Part shown: positions 29,740 to 39,667 of the stretch, piece after piece
How the letters are laid out: every line of letters begins with the position of its first letter
Numbering within the stretch: the first letter of the stretch is position 1
Assembly (NCBI GenBank): GCA_964544765.1
Contig: CAZJDM010000001.1
Span: 1,851-65,850, forward strand
DNA length: 64,000 nt
Direction of reading: 5' to 3'
Origin: an uncultured bacterium
GTDB taxonomy: Bacteria; Bdellovibrionota_B; Oligoflexia; CAYFLR01
Notes under the pieces: model-generated
Seen by the model: only the letters and a program-made list of their open reading frames with translations
Told to the model about the DNA's origin: nothing
Databases searched by the model: none
Translations under genes and position numbers: made by a program

Positions 29740-31368
29740 CTATTTAGCTGATGATGAAGGCGACATCATCATTCTAAGAGCCTCCGTTGTTTTCTGTGGC
29801 TCATGTTTTGCCAGATACATAATTTGATCTCGAATACTCAACTCTTCAAATGGTACTTCTTCGGTTATTTCAACCTTTTTCATCGGTGTCTTTTCAAAAT
29901 CAGGTTTAAACTCTTCCACCTCTGCATCAGCTGGTTTAATCTTATCTGGATCATATACTAACCATCGTAAATATGGTTTTACTACAAAAATAAAGAAGAT
30001 AATTAAACTTAGAGCCACTGAAGAAATCATTACTATATCTCGCCAAACTTTTTTCTCTTCCATAATAGCAACTTGTCTCTCTTCAAGGGCAAAAACATCC
30101 TCCTTAAATCTCATATTTTCTAAGGTTATTTGATCTCCACGTTTATCATCAAAACCAACAGACTGTCTGATAAGAGCTTCTAGCTTAGCCATTTCCTCTT
30201 TGCCTCTGGCTTCATAAGTAGGAAGATCCTTGGGAGTGGCTCCAGGTATATATTTACCATCTATAAGTACAGATACAGACAATCTTTTAATGGCTCCAGA
30301 TTCTTCAACCGTTTGAGATATTATTTTCCCGATTTCATAATTAACAGTCTGAGTAGATCGTGTTTGAGAAGAACTACTTTTATTTACCTGCACTTCGACA
30401 TCTTCATTAGGTAGATTGGCTTTAGATCCCGGAACACCGGTGGGATTTAGACCGACTCCTTTCATTGCGTCATCTGTAACTTGAGACGATCTCAATACTT
30501 GCTGTTCAGGATCATATTGTTCTTTGGTATACGATACTTGACCAAAATCAATGTCCGCGGTTACCGAAGCCATTACTTTATCCATACCGACAACTCTACC
30601 GATCAAGGTACGAATCTTACTTACATAATCCTTTTCTATTCTTCTTTTATACTCCGACTTAGATTTAGACAAACTTCCTGCTGACAGATCCTGCTCATCT
30701 TCAGTTAAAATGTTTCCCTCTCCATCTACGATGGTTATATTACCAATACTTAAGCCTTCAACACTTCTGGACACTAAATATTGTATCCCGCGCACTTGTT
30801 TTTTGGACAGTGTTTGCCCTCTTTTCAATTTTATATAAATGGCCGCAGAAGGTTCTCTTTTATCCTCTTCAAACAAACGATTTTTAGGTGATACAATATG
30901 CACTCGAGAACTTTTTATCGGTTTTAAGCGGGTAATAGTACGACTTAGCTCTCCCTCTAATGCCCGCCTCTTGTTTATATCCAATTCAAAGTCAGTTACC
31001 GCGAAGTTGGTTTGATCAAATTTCTCCCATCCGATCACACCCCCAGAAGGTAATCCTTCTTGAGACAATTCTAATCTTACATCCACATCCTTTCCGTCTT
31101 GGGCCAGTAACCTATTACCTACAAATTTATAATCCTTTATATTTTTTTTCCGTAAAACATTTTCCATGGCCAACATATCTTCATCAGTCAAATCATCATA
31201 AATGGTTTTGTAACGCTCCTGTTTTTCCAATAACAACATACTCAACATTGACACCAGAATAATACCTAATAATGAAAACAGAACTATTTTTCTAGTAACC
31301 GTTAAATTGTTATAAAAATCTTTGTTCTTACTCAAAAACTGGTCAATAAAAACTCTAAAACTTGGCAA
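29740..31368 (-). CDS. fliF: flagellar MS-ring protein FliF
   Basis: 542 aa with N-terminal and C-terminal TM segments and YscJ/FliF ring domains. Confidence 0.85.
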   Translation of the reverse strand: MPSFRVFIDQFLSKNKDFYNNLTVTRKIVLFSLLGIILVSMLSMLLLEKQERYKTIYDDLTDEDMLAMENVLRKKNIKDYKFVGNRLLAQDGKDVDVRLELSQEGLPSGGVIGWEKFDQTNFAVTDFELDINKRRALEGELSRTITRLKPIKSSRVHIVSPKNRLFEEDKREPSAAIYIKLKRGQTLSKKQVRGIQYLVSRSVEGLSIGNITIVDGEGNILTEDEQDLSAGSLSKSKSEYKRRIEKDYVSKIRTLIGRVVGMDKVMASVTADIDFGQVSYTKEQYDPEQQVLRSSQVTDDAMKGVGLNPTGVPGSKANLPNEDVEVQVNKSSSSQTRSTQTVNYEIGKIISQTVEESGAIKRLSVSVLIDGKYIPGATPKDLPTYEARGKEEMAKLEALIRQSVGFDDKRGDQITLENMRFKEDVFALEERQVAIMEEKKVWRDIVMISSVALSLIIFFIFVVKPYLRWLVYDPDKIKPADAEVEEFKPDFEKTPMKKVEITEEVPFEELSIRDQIMYLAKHEPQKTTEALRMMMSPSSSAK

Positions 31369-31386
31369 AGTTTTATCTCCTTGTTA

Positions 31387-31761
31387 CTATACTTGCATCC
31401 TCATCATTTCCTGATAAGCATCTAAAGCTTTGTTTCTTACTTGCACTAAGAGTTGAAAACTTAAAGCAGCTTTTTCCATTTGAATCATGGCTTCATGAAT
31501 ATTTTTATTCTTACCGGTTGCCAGATTAACCGCTGCTACATCGGCTTTAGCCTGCTCTTTATTAATATCAGAGATATACTCTTGTAAAAAATCACCAAAA
31601 CTTTTACTAGAGGTAGTCGCTGCTTCTGAAGCTTCTGGATTATATCCACCCAATTTAACAGTATCGGCTCTTGAAATATCTGGAAGAGAAACAACCGCTC
31701 TTAATTGACTATTAAAACTAATATCTTTCATCCGCAAATCTCCTCTAGTGTTGAAGAACAA
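31387..31761 (-). CDS. fliE: flagellar hook-basal body protein FliE
   Basis: C-terminal IHEAMIQMEKAALSFQLLVQVRNKALDAYQEMMRMQV. Confidence 0.7.
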   Translation of the reverse strand: MFFNTRGDLRMKDISFNSQLRAVVSLPDISRADTVKLGGYNPEASEAATTSSKSFGDFLQEYISDINKEQAKADVAAVNLATGKNKNIHEAMIQMEKAALSFQLLVQVRNKALDAYQEMMRMQV

Positions 31762-31772
31762 CTAATCAAGTT

Positions 31773-32210
31773 TTATTTACCTATATCTAAGGCCTTAAGC
31801 GCCATATTCTTAGTCGAATTAATTGCTGAAACATTTGCTTCATATGCTCTTGAAGCCATAATAAGATTAACCATTTCTTCCATTACATTTATGTTGGGAT
31901 ATTTTACAAATCCATCTTTATCAGCATGCATGTGCTTAGGGTCATAAACCTTTCTAGGAGGCTTTGCATCTTCGAAAATTCCTGAAACCTTAACTTCCTT
32001 GAGATCAGAGTCAGTTGCTTTAGCAACTAGATCAGCAAAATCAGTATTAGCAGAAACAGCAGATAATACGACGTCCTTCCTCCTATATGGAGCTCCATTT
32101 TCTGAGATTGTTGATTGAGCATTAGCTATATTGCTTGACAATAAATTCATTCGCGTTCTTTGAGCTGCTAACCCAGAAGAACTAATTTTCAATGCACTCA
32201 TAAAATCCAT
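31773..32210 (-). CDS. flgC: flagellar basal-body rod protein FlgC
   Basis: N-terminal LKISSSGLAAQRTRMNLLSSNIANAQST and the C-terminal rod motif. Confidence 0.85.
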   Translation of the reverse strand: MDFMSALKISSSGLAAQRTRMNLLSSNIANAQSTISENGAPYRRKDVVLSAVSANTDFADLVAKATDSDLKEVKVSGIFEDAKPPRKVYDPKHMHADKDGFVKYPNINVMEEMVNLIMASRAYEANVSAINSTKNMALKALDIGK

Positions 32211-32635
32211 TATCTACCCCCTGTTATTGCATACCTTAATAAAGCTAGTTTTTTAGAAATTACCTCTGAAGTGGCCCGATACATAATTTGGTTCTCTGCT
32301 AAGGTACCCATTTCACCTTCTACATTGACAGTATTTCCGTCATTACCAATAGATTCTGTTGGTTGAATAAAAATATCCGGCTCCAACTCACCGTTTACTA
32401 ATTGACGATCATTTAAGTAGTGGTTTCCATTGGTTGACTTTAATTTTAATTTGTCATCATGACCAATCATTTCTTGTAATTGGTTCTCAAACTCATACCC
32501 TCTGGCCCGATACCCTGGAGTTTCTGCATTAACTACATTGGCTATATGCACAGAATGTTTATTCAATCGCTGATTTAAGGCCTCACCAAAAATCTCATAA
32601 GCTTGATCAAATAATGGACTGGACACCTTAATCAT
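32210..32635 (-). CDS. flgB: flagellar basal-body rod protein FlgB
   Basis: HSVHIANVVNAETPGYRARGYEFE rod N-terminal motif. Confidence 0.85.
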   Translation of the reverse strand: MIKVSSPLFDQAYEIFGEALNQRLNKHSVHIANVVNAETPGYRARGYEFENQLQEMIGHDDKLKLKSTNGNHYLNDRQLVNGELEPDIFIQPTESIGNDGNTVNVEGEMGTLAENQIMYRATSEVISKKLALLRYAITGGR

Positions 32636-33953
32636 AAGCCCTCACCTCTATCCCTTCTTTTTTATATTCATTGATTTTATTACGAAGAGTTCTTAAACTA
32701 ATCCCCAGCATTTTAGCTGCATGGGTCCTATTTCCCATAGTTTGATCCAGGGTCTTGACTATCAGCCGCTGTTCAGCGCCTCGAATGGTCATTCCCGGTT
32801 CTAATAAATCTTTTACATCGTGGTTCCCGCTTTCTAAAGGATCCGGTGATTCAAATAAGAAATCTTCTATATTTAAAATTTGATTCCGCCCGAACAAAAC
32901 CGCTCTCTCTATCATATTTTGTAACTCGCGCACATTACCAGGCCATAGATGATTGGCTAGTTTTTCGTAAGCAGCTGGAGAGACATCTATGATATTTTTA
33001 TTGTATTGTTTATTCATTTGTTCAATGTAATATTTTGCTAAAAGAACAACATCCCCCTTACGCTCACGTAGAGGTGGAATGTGAAAGTGAATCACATTCA
33101 ACCGATAAAATAAATCTTCCCGAAAAGAACCTTTACGAACTGACTCTCTTAAATCGACATTGCTAGTAGCTAAAATTCGAATATCTAAATTAGTTACTTG
33201 TTTTCCTCCAAGACGATCTAACTCACGCTCTTGAATTACTCTTAATAATTTTGCCTGCAGCGATATATCAATTTCACTAATTTCATCTAATAAAATCGTT
33301 CCTTTGTTTGCCTGTTCAAATTTACCTATTTTCTTTTGGATAGCTCCGGTAAAGGCGCCTTTTTCATATCCAAACAACTCACTCTCTAATAAGGTTTCAG
33401 GGAGAGCCGCACAATTAACAGCTACAAAGGGATTATCCTTTCGATCTGATTCATCATGAATTAATCTAGCTAATAATTCCTTACCCGTTCCATTCTCTCC
33501 AGTAATTAGGACTGACGCACCTGTTGGAGCAATTTTTTTAGACATAGAAATAATTTCCATCAAAGAAGAATCCTCGGTAACCAATCTTCTTTTGGTAGTA
33601 TCCTGACCTTGTTGAATCAGATTTACATCAAAGTGAATTAACTTTCCTAATGGACAGATCTTTCTTCTAACAATTTTTAATCCCACATATCTTTCCAACA
33701 TCTGAAAGGATGCACCAATAATGTCATTAAATCCCATTTTATTAAAATATAATGAAGCCTTAGAATTCATCATTTCTAGATTATTTTCATGATTAACTAA
33801 TATGACACCGTCTGCCTCCCCCTCTATCAAGGTTTTCATATCCAAATGTTCTGATTTTCCGTTATTATTTAAGGATTCAACATAATTTAGATAATCCCTT
33901 GCTACACTCATATAATCTCCCTCGATGCTTATGTTAAGGTATCCAAAAATCAA
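32628..33953 (-). CDS. sigma-54-dependent transcriptional activator (bEBP) with a non-receiver N-terminal sensory domain
   Basis: AAA+ core with Walker A GENGTGKE, the GAFTGA loop (EKGAFTGA) and a C-terminal Fis-type HTH (AAKMLGISLRTLRNKI). The N-terminal ~130 aa lack REC hallmarks. Confidence 0.8.
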   Translation of the reverse strand: MIFGYLNISIEGDYMSVARDYLNYVESLNNNGKSEHLDMKTLIEGEADGVILVNHENNLEMMNSKASLYFNKMGFNDIIGASFQMLERYVGLKIVRRKICPLGKLIHFDVNLIQQGQDTTKRRLVTEDSSLMEIISMSKKIAPTGASVLITGENGTGKELLARLIHDESDRKDNPFVAVNCAALPETLLESELFGYEKGAFTGAIQKKIGKFEQANKGTILLDEISEIDISLQAKLLRVIQERELDRLGGKQVTNLDIRILATSNVDLRESVRKGSFREDLFYRLNVIHFHIPPLRERKGDVVLLAKYYIEQMNKQYNKNIIDVSPAAYEKLANHLWPGNVRELQNMIERAVLFGRNQILNIEDFLFESPDPLESGNHDVKDLLEPGMTIRGAEQRLIVKTLDQTMGNRTHAAKMLGISLRTLRNKINEYKKEGIEVRAYD

Positions 33954-34347
33954 TTATTAAACGATACGGCTGTTCTTTAAACAGAATTTGATATCGCACA
34001 TCTTTCGACTTAGCTAAGATATACCTTACTTGAAGAGATTTCTTTTCGTCATCCTGAACAACGCTGCAGCTCTTAATGTAATTAAATCCAATTTTGTCAT
34101 AAGGCTCAAATCTAGTTCTAATTTCTCTGTTGCCATTATCATCAATTACTACCTCTGACACCTCAGCAATTGTGGTTTTTTCCAAATTTAACAATAAGGT
34201 CCCAGTCTTTTCACTATAACGAGTGTTGAATTCTTTTTTTTCATTAAAAACAACTGTTACTCTATAAACATTAGTCTGATCTAAAAGGTCGGCTTCCAAT
34301 ACTCCTGTAAAACCAAAACAAAGTATAAATAGAAGAATCTTATTCAT
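33934..34347 (-). CDS. small secreted protein of unknown function, first gene behind the sigma-54 promoter
   Basis: 137 aa with signal peptide MNKILLFILCFGFTGVLEA. Its 3' end overlaps the activator start, suggesting translational coupling. Confidence 0.45.
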   Translation of the reverse strand: MNKILLFILCFGFTGVLEADLLDQTNVYRVTVVFNEKKEFNTRYSEKTGTLLLNLEKTTIAEVSEVVIDDNGNREIRTRFEPYDKIGFNYIKSCSVVQDDEKKSLQVRYILAKSKDVRYQILFKEQPYRLIIDFWIP

Positions 34348-34410
34348 TTTAGCCTCGTTTAATCAATTCTAAGAGAATAAAAACTTAACTTCTTTTATAA
34401 ATTGATGATG

Positions 34411-34427
34411 TTGCAAGTTGTGTGCCA
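34411..34427 (-). promoter_or_regulatory. sigma-54 (-24/-12) promoter: TGGCAC-N5-TTGCA on the minus strand
   Basis: The plus strand reads ttgcaagttgtgtgcca. Its reverse complement is tGGcacacaactTGCaa, with GG and GC separated by exactly 10 nt. Sits about 65 nt upstream of the 33934..34347 ORF, which leads into the bEBP-flgB operon. Confidence 0.55.
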
Positions 34428-34664
34428 TTATTAGGAAAATTTATCCTGCTTAGCTAGAAAGCTTCTGTAACTTAGATTGGCTAATTTTTACCGATAAACT
34501 ATTAGCAGAAAAAAAGACAGATTTGATAAAAATTACTCGATAATAGTGTCAAGGATTTGACTAAAATCAAATTTTTGGCGTTTATAACGGCTGATAAAAA
34601 GCCTAAATAGGAAATATGTACTAAACTGTAGGCAAGATTTTACCTAAAAGATATACTCGTTCGT

Positions 34665-35546
34665 TCACTCGAAACCGTGCTCTTTTAGAAATGCGGTAAA
34701 ATTTTTGATAATACGTTTTTCGAGCTGCCGTGCTCTTTCTCTGGTAAAACCGTACATATTTCCTATTTCCTGTAGGGTTAGAGGCTCGTCACTTAACAAT
34801 CTCTTTTCAAAGATGATTAAATCTTTATCTTTTAAAGTTTTCTTAAACTTCTTTATTAAACTAGAAAACAACTCTTTTGTTTCTTTTTCTATTAATATTT
34901 CATCTGAAGGAGATGCGTTTTCTGGAATTTGGATATCATAATGACCCGAACCTTCTTCTAAATCTTTTGCAGAGCTAATCGAAACATCTTGAGAAAAGAC
35001 TCGGGTTCTCATTTCATCAATTTCATGTTCCTTTACCTGTAAACTCTCGGCTAATAACTTGGTATTAAATTCATTTTCTGCAGAGAAAAGCTTTTCAGCT
35101 TCTTTTCTTAAATTAAAAAAAAGTCTTCTACGAGCTCCTGTGGTACCAATTTTCACTAAACTTTTATTATCCATTAAAAATTTCAAAATATAAGCCCGAA
35201 TCCACCAGGCCGCATATGATGAAACTTTTGTTCCCACATAAGGATTAAACTTCTTAACAGCTTTGATTAGCCCTATGTTACCTTCTTGAATCAGATCTAA
35301 AACGTTGGTATAGCTTTTTTGATATTCCATAGCTATTTTTACTACTAATCGCAAATTAGATGTCACCAAAATATTGGCAGCTTCCTTGTCTCCTTGCTCA
35401 TAAAGATCAACAGCATATTTAAATTCTTCTTCTCGAGTTAACAGAGGGTATTTATTTACCTCTATTAAATATTGCTTAAATGGAGATAACGGAACTAATT
35501 CTTTTTTATTAGTAACTATTAGAGATTTATCTTTGGAAATAGCCAT
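34665..35546 (-). CDS. rpoH: RNA polymerase sigma-32 (heat-shock sigma factor RpoH)
   Basis: Sigma-70 regions 2 and 4 plus the RpoH box (ARRRLFFNLRK). 293 aa. Confidence 0.7.
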   Translation of the reverse strand: MAISKDKSLIVTNKKELVPLSPFKQYLIEVNKYPLLTREEEFKYAVDLYEQGDKEAANILVTSNLRLVVKIAMEYQKSYTNVLDLIQEGNIGLIKAVKKFNPYVGTKVSSYAAWWIRAYILKFLMDNKSLVKIGTTGARRRLFFNLRKEAEKLFSAENEFNTKLLAESLQVKEHEIDEMRTRVFSQDVSISSAKDLEEGSGHYDIQIPENASPSDEILIEKETKELFSSLIKKFKKTLKDKDLIIFEKRLLSDEPLTLQEIGNMYGFTRERARQLEKRIIKNFTAFLKEHGFE

Positions 35547-35658
35547 ATAGCAAAATTCTGATTAAAATTTTTTATATTATTCTTTCTATTTTCTAGTCAT
35601 TTGGTAAAATTGAGAAATAAATACCATTAAAGAACAAAACCAAATGTAATGTAAAATA

Positions 35659-36273
35659 ATGTTTTTCAAGGTTCAACACAAAAACCATCGCTATATAATT
35701 CTATTTTTCGGATTACTTTATATTTTATTTACAAATATTTTATCCGTAACCTTAATAGCATCGGGTGAAATTGGCTTTAAAGCAGGCTACCGCACGTCTG
35801 AAATTGAGGATCAAAAATCAACCCGCCAAAATTTTTCTAGTAGTATTGGTTTCAATTACGGCCTTTTGCAATTTTACATCAGTTATGAAATCGAGAAAGA
35901 TAAGTCAGAGTATGAATTGAGCCAACAAAGCATTGAAGCCATTGAAATTACTGAATATATTATAGGGGGGACCAAACTATTTCTACCTATTACTAATAAA
36001 ATATTACCCTATCTGGCCTGCGGTTTAGGAAGACGAATAGTTGAAAAGAAAATCTACATCGAAGATGTCCCCACTTCAGTAAAATATTCAGGTCCCACTG
36101 TAAATCTGGGAGCTGGTTTACATGTAGCTTTTACTCGATATTTTGGTCTCGAATTCTCCTACACTGTAATACCAATTCCATCAAATAATGACTGGAAATC
36201 TTCTTATAATGATACTAGCAATTTTTCTTATGACCACATTATGAGTGCTGGTATAACCATTAAAATACCATAG
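35659..36273 (+). CDS. small outer-membrane beta-barrel protein (OmpW/Opacity-like)
   Basis: Signal/TM at the N-terminus, alternating amphipathic beta strands, and a C-terminal ...GITIKIP. Confidence 0.45.
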   Translation: MFFKVQHKNHRYIILFFGLLYILFTNILSVTLIASGEIGFKAGYRTSEIEDQKSTRQNFSSSIGFNYGLLQFYISYEIEKDKSEYELSQQSIEAIEITEYIIGGTKLFLPITNKILPYLACGLGRRIVEKKIYIEDVPTSVKYSGPTVNLGAGLHVAFTRYFGLEFSYTVIPIPSNNDWKSSYNDTSNFSYDHIMSAGITIKIP

Positions 36274-36347
36274 TTGACCTTTTGGGTGCAAAATAATATA
36301 CCTATATAACTTAGTGGTTAGACCTTATTAATAGGATAGTATTACTC

Positions 36348-37367
36348 ATGCCAGAAGACGATTTATATCAAATTTTAGGCATTTCCAAAAATGCCACGCA
36401 AACAGAAATTAAAAAGGCTTACCGTAAATTGGCCAAAAAATATCATCCTGATCGTAATAAAGGAGATAAAAAAGCCGAAGATAAGTTCAAAAAAATCACC
36501 GCTTCCTATGAGGTTCTTTCTGACCCTGAAAAAAGAAAACAATATGACTTATTAGGAACTACCGGTCAAAGTGGCTTTGGAGGATTTGGTAATTTTAGTC
36601 AAGGTTTTGGAGGATTTGATTTTAAAGGAAAAGGTGGGGGTTTTTCTTCCTTGTTTGATGAAATTTTTGAAAGTTTTCGTAAACAAAGAGAGGGTCCCGG
36701 ACCAGATTTTCAGCAGCAATACCAACAGCCTAGATCTCCACGAAATCTGGAGGCCACAAACATTGAGCACCCCATCAACATAAGTATTCAAGAATCTTTG
36801 GATGGAACCTCTAAAAACGTTTCATATTATAAAAGAGTCGTCTGCCCCCGATGCAAGGGCAGTCCTTTAGGGTTTTCGTCCTGTCCACATTGTCAAAACC
36901 GGGGCGTTGTGCAAAGCCAAGAAAATCTAACCGTAAAAATACCCAAAGGAATACAACCCAACACTAAAATGCGTTTAGCTGGAAAAGGTCATTTTGACCC
37001 GACAACTAACCATGCTGGACACTTGTTCCTCATTGTTAAACTAGATCCTCACCCTTATTTACGAAGAGAAGACAACGATCTTTTTTGCGATCTTCCAATA
37101 TCTTTCACCGAAGCTCTACTTGGTTGTCTGATTACCTTATCCTTTATGGGAAAAGAAATTAAATTAAAAATTCCTGCTAAAACTCAAAATGAGACCAAAC
37201 TTCGTTTAATCGGAAAGGGTCCTTATTTGTCTTCCAGAAAGTACGGTGACCTGTATTTTATTGTAAAAATTATGATTCCATCTAAATTTTCAAAAAAATT
37301 GAGTAATGCATTAACAGAAATACATGATAACTTACATTTTAACCCTAGAGACAACTGGAAAATTTAG
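36348..37367 (+). CDS. DnaJ-family co-chaperone with a reduced zinc finger (CbpA/DnaJ-like)
   Basis: J domain with HPD, a G/F-rich linker, only two CxxC pairs (CPRCKG...CPHCQNRG), and C-terminal substrate-binding domains. Confidence 0.7.
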   Translation: MPEDDLYQILGISKNATQTEIKKAYRKLAKKYHPDRNKGDKKAEDKFKKITASYEVLSDPEKRKQYDLLGTTGQSGFGGFGNFSQGFGGFDFKGKGGGFSSLFDEIFESFRKQREGPGPDFQQQYQQPRSPRNLEATNIEHPINISIQESLDGTSKNVSYYKRVVCPRCKGSPLGFSSCPHCQNRGVVQSQENLTVKIPKGIQPNTKMRLAGKGHFDPTTNHAGHLFLIVKLDPHPYLRREDNDLFCDLPISFTEALLGCLITLSFMGKEIKLKIPAKTQNETKLRLIGKGPYLSSRKYGDLYFIVKIMIPSKFSKKLSNALTEIHDNLHFNPRDNWKI

Positions 37368-37387
37368 AATTTTAGGGAGAGTTTTAA

Positions 37388-37666
37388 ATGAAAATTGAAA
37401 AACCAGAAAATGATGTCGATAGTATCGACTTTACTACCTTTATTTTCTCTTTAGGCTCCGCAGCCCTTATTGCTTTAGGAGAATCACCAGATCCTACAAC
37501 AAAAAAGTCCCATTTTTCTCCTTTATCCGCCAAGCAAAACATTGATATTATAGCTCTAATTCAAGAGAAAACTAAAGGAAATTTAACCAATGAAGAATCT
37601 GATTTAATATCCCGAATGCTATCGGACCTTCAAGTGAAGTATGTTTCAAAATTATCAAAATTATAA
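37388..37666 (+). CDS. DUF1844-like small protein
   Basis: FTTFIFSLGSAALIALGESPDP...ALIQEKTKGNLTNEESDLISRMLSDLQVKYV follows the DUF1844 pattern from memory. Confidence 0.4.
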   Translation: MKIEKPENDVDSIDFTTFIFSLGSAALIALGESPDPTTKKSHFSPLSAKQNIDIIALIQEKTKGNLTNEESDLISRMLSDLQVKYVSKLSKL

Positions 37667-38630
37667 AAAAATCAAAACTCTTAAAGAGATTATTATGTCA
37701 GGAATCGGTATCATTACAAACCCTTATTCAAAGAAAAACATAAAAACCCCCGGTCATAAAATTATGATGGGGTATATTTTGGGCAATAGAGGGCATTACA
37801 AAATTACAGAGAGTCTGGAAGATTTATCCAAGGTAGCAGAAGAATTTAAATCCCAAGAGATAGATATACTTGGCATAAATGGAGGAGATGGGACCATTCA
37901 AAAAACAATTACGACTTTTATTTCTGTATATGGAAAAGACAAACTACCTAAAATAGCCCTACTTAGGGGTGGAACCATGAACGTCATTGCTAATAATTTA
38001 AATATTAAAGGTAGTTCAAAAACCTTATTATTAGATTTAGTGGAAAAATACCATGCTGCAGATCCTTTTGATTATGCCAAACTACAAACTATTAAGTGTA
38101 ATGATCAATACGGATTTATTTTTACAAGTGGATTTGCCTCAAATTTTTTAGAGGAATATTATAAAAACAAATCGGGCCCCTTAGGAGCAATTTTTTTCGC
38201 CATTAAACTAGCTTTGGGTATTTTTAGAAAAAATTCTCTTATTCATCAAATTACCAAACCCGCTACCCTTACTATTCAAGGAAAAACCCTTCCTGAAACA
38301 AGTAATACATCAAATACTATCCTTATTAGTACCCTCAATTACCTCCCCTTAAGACTCAAATTATTTAATCGAATCAAAAAAGGAATGAAACGGTTTCAAG
38401 CCTTTTTTATAAATCGCCGCCCCTTTGAGTTAGTTAAACTGGTCCTGAATGTATTTTTTAGATTACCTTTAAATAAAAAGAACATCATTGAACTATTGAG
38501 TGATGAAATTATCCTATCCTCTGACCAAGGAATATTAGTTGGGTTAGATGGAGATTTATTTGGAGAGCAAAAAAATGTTAGAATATCTTTAGGACCAGAA
38601 TTAACTTTTATTCTAAATGGCAAATATTAA
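37641..38630 (+). CDS. DAGK_cat-family lipid kinase (YegS/BmrU-like)
   Basis: GINGGDGT glycine-rich catalytic motif. The likely real start is the internal MSGIGIITNPY (~37695). Confidence 0.55.
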   Translation: MFQNYQNYKKIKTLKEIIMSGIGIITNPYSKKNIKTPGHKIMMGYILGNRGHYKITESLEDLSKVAEEFKSQEIDILGINGGDGTIQKTITTFISVYGKDKLPKIALLRGGTMNVIANNLNIKGSSKTLLLDLVEKYHAADPFDYAKLQTIKCNDQYGFIFTSGFASNFLEEYYKNKSGPLGAIFFAIKLALGIFRKNSLIHQITKPATLTIQGKTLPETSNTSNTILISTLNYLPLRLKLFNRIKKGMKRFQAFFINRRPFELVKLVLNVFFRLPLNKKNIIELLSDEIILSSDQGILVGLDGDLFGEQKNVRISLGPELTFILNGKY

Positions 38631-39667
38631 TGATGATGAATACTCAAAGAACAAGCAAGAACAACTTTTTGACCACCCATTATCCCAAAATAGTTCCTTT
38701 ACCTGGAGATGCTTCTAAACGATGTTATTATAGAATATATGATAAAGAAGGAAAATCTGCGATCCTTACTGAGACCCACCTAGACTCACCGGATACCTTT
38801 AATCATTTTTTAGAGGTTCAAAATTTATTAAAAAAGCGATTTGTACCCGTTCCCGATGTTTTATTTAGCGATCCTAAGGAATTATATTTGCTCCAAACAG
38901 ATCTGGGTGACACTAGAATGTACGATCAACTTCAGTATCTTTCTTCTGAGCAAATAGAATCTCTATATAAAAAAGCCATTGATCTATTAGTCCTTTTTCA
39001 GAAAAAAACTAGTGTTAAGGCCTCCATAACCGCATATAAACAATCTTTTGATTATCACAAGTTATCCTGGGAAGTTGGATTTACCAATCAGCATTTTCTT
39101 ACTTCACTTTTATCATTAAAGAAGGAATCTCATTCCACCAAAATCATGAATTTCCTTACAGAATCATTTCATCAAATCTGCTTACAAATTTCCCAACTCC
39201 CATATATTTTAACCCATAGGGATTATCATTCTAAAAACCTCATGCTACACAAGAATAAGCTTTTTCTAATAGATTTTCAGGATGCCCGGATGGGACCCAC
39301 ATCTTATGATTTGGTTTCTTTACTAAGAGACGCATATTTTCCCCTAGATGAAAAATTACATACAACCTTAATTCGTTATTATTATCAACAAGCAATTAGC
39401 CTGCAAAATTTCATATATATTTTTCCTTCTGAATCTCATTTCATTCAACAATACCATCTTGTTTCTCTACAGCGATTATATAAAGTCATTGGATCCTTTG
39501 CTTTTATATATAAAAACAAGAATGACAAAGCATATCTCGATTATTTAAACACCGCTTTAAATAAACTAAAGGCCGCTGTTTCCTTTTTTCCTCAATATGA
39601 CAACCTATACTCCACACTGATCGAACTAAAGGATCAATTTAGTGCTTTGATGTCCAAGGTTAAATAA
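38630..39667 (+). CDS. APH/ChoK-fold phosphotransferase (AmgK-like anomeric sugar kinase or choline-kinase-like)
   Basis: HRDYHSKNLML catalytic loop and IDFQDA metal-binding motif. 345 aa. Confidence 0.55.
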   Translation: MMMNTQRTSKNNFLTTHYPKIVPLPGDASKRCYYRIYDKEGKSAILTETHLDSPDTFNHFLEVQNLLKKRFVPVPDVLFSDPKELYLLQTDLGDTRMYDQLQYLSSEQIESLYKKAIDLLVLFQKKTSVKASITAYKQSFDYHKLSWEVGFTNQHFLTSLLSLKKESHSTKIMNFLTESFHQICLQISQLPYILTHRDYHSKNLMLHKNKLFLIDFQDARMGPTSYDLVSLLRDAYFPLDEKLHTTLIRYYYQQAISLQNFIYIFPSESHFIQQYHLVSLQRLYKVIGSFAFIYKNKNDKAYLDYLNTALNKLKAAVSFFPQYDNLYSTLIELKDQFSALMSKVK

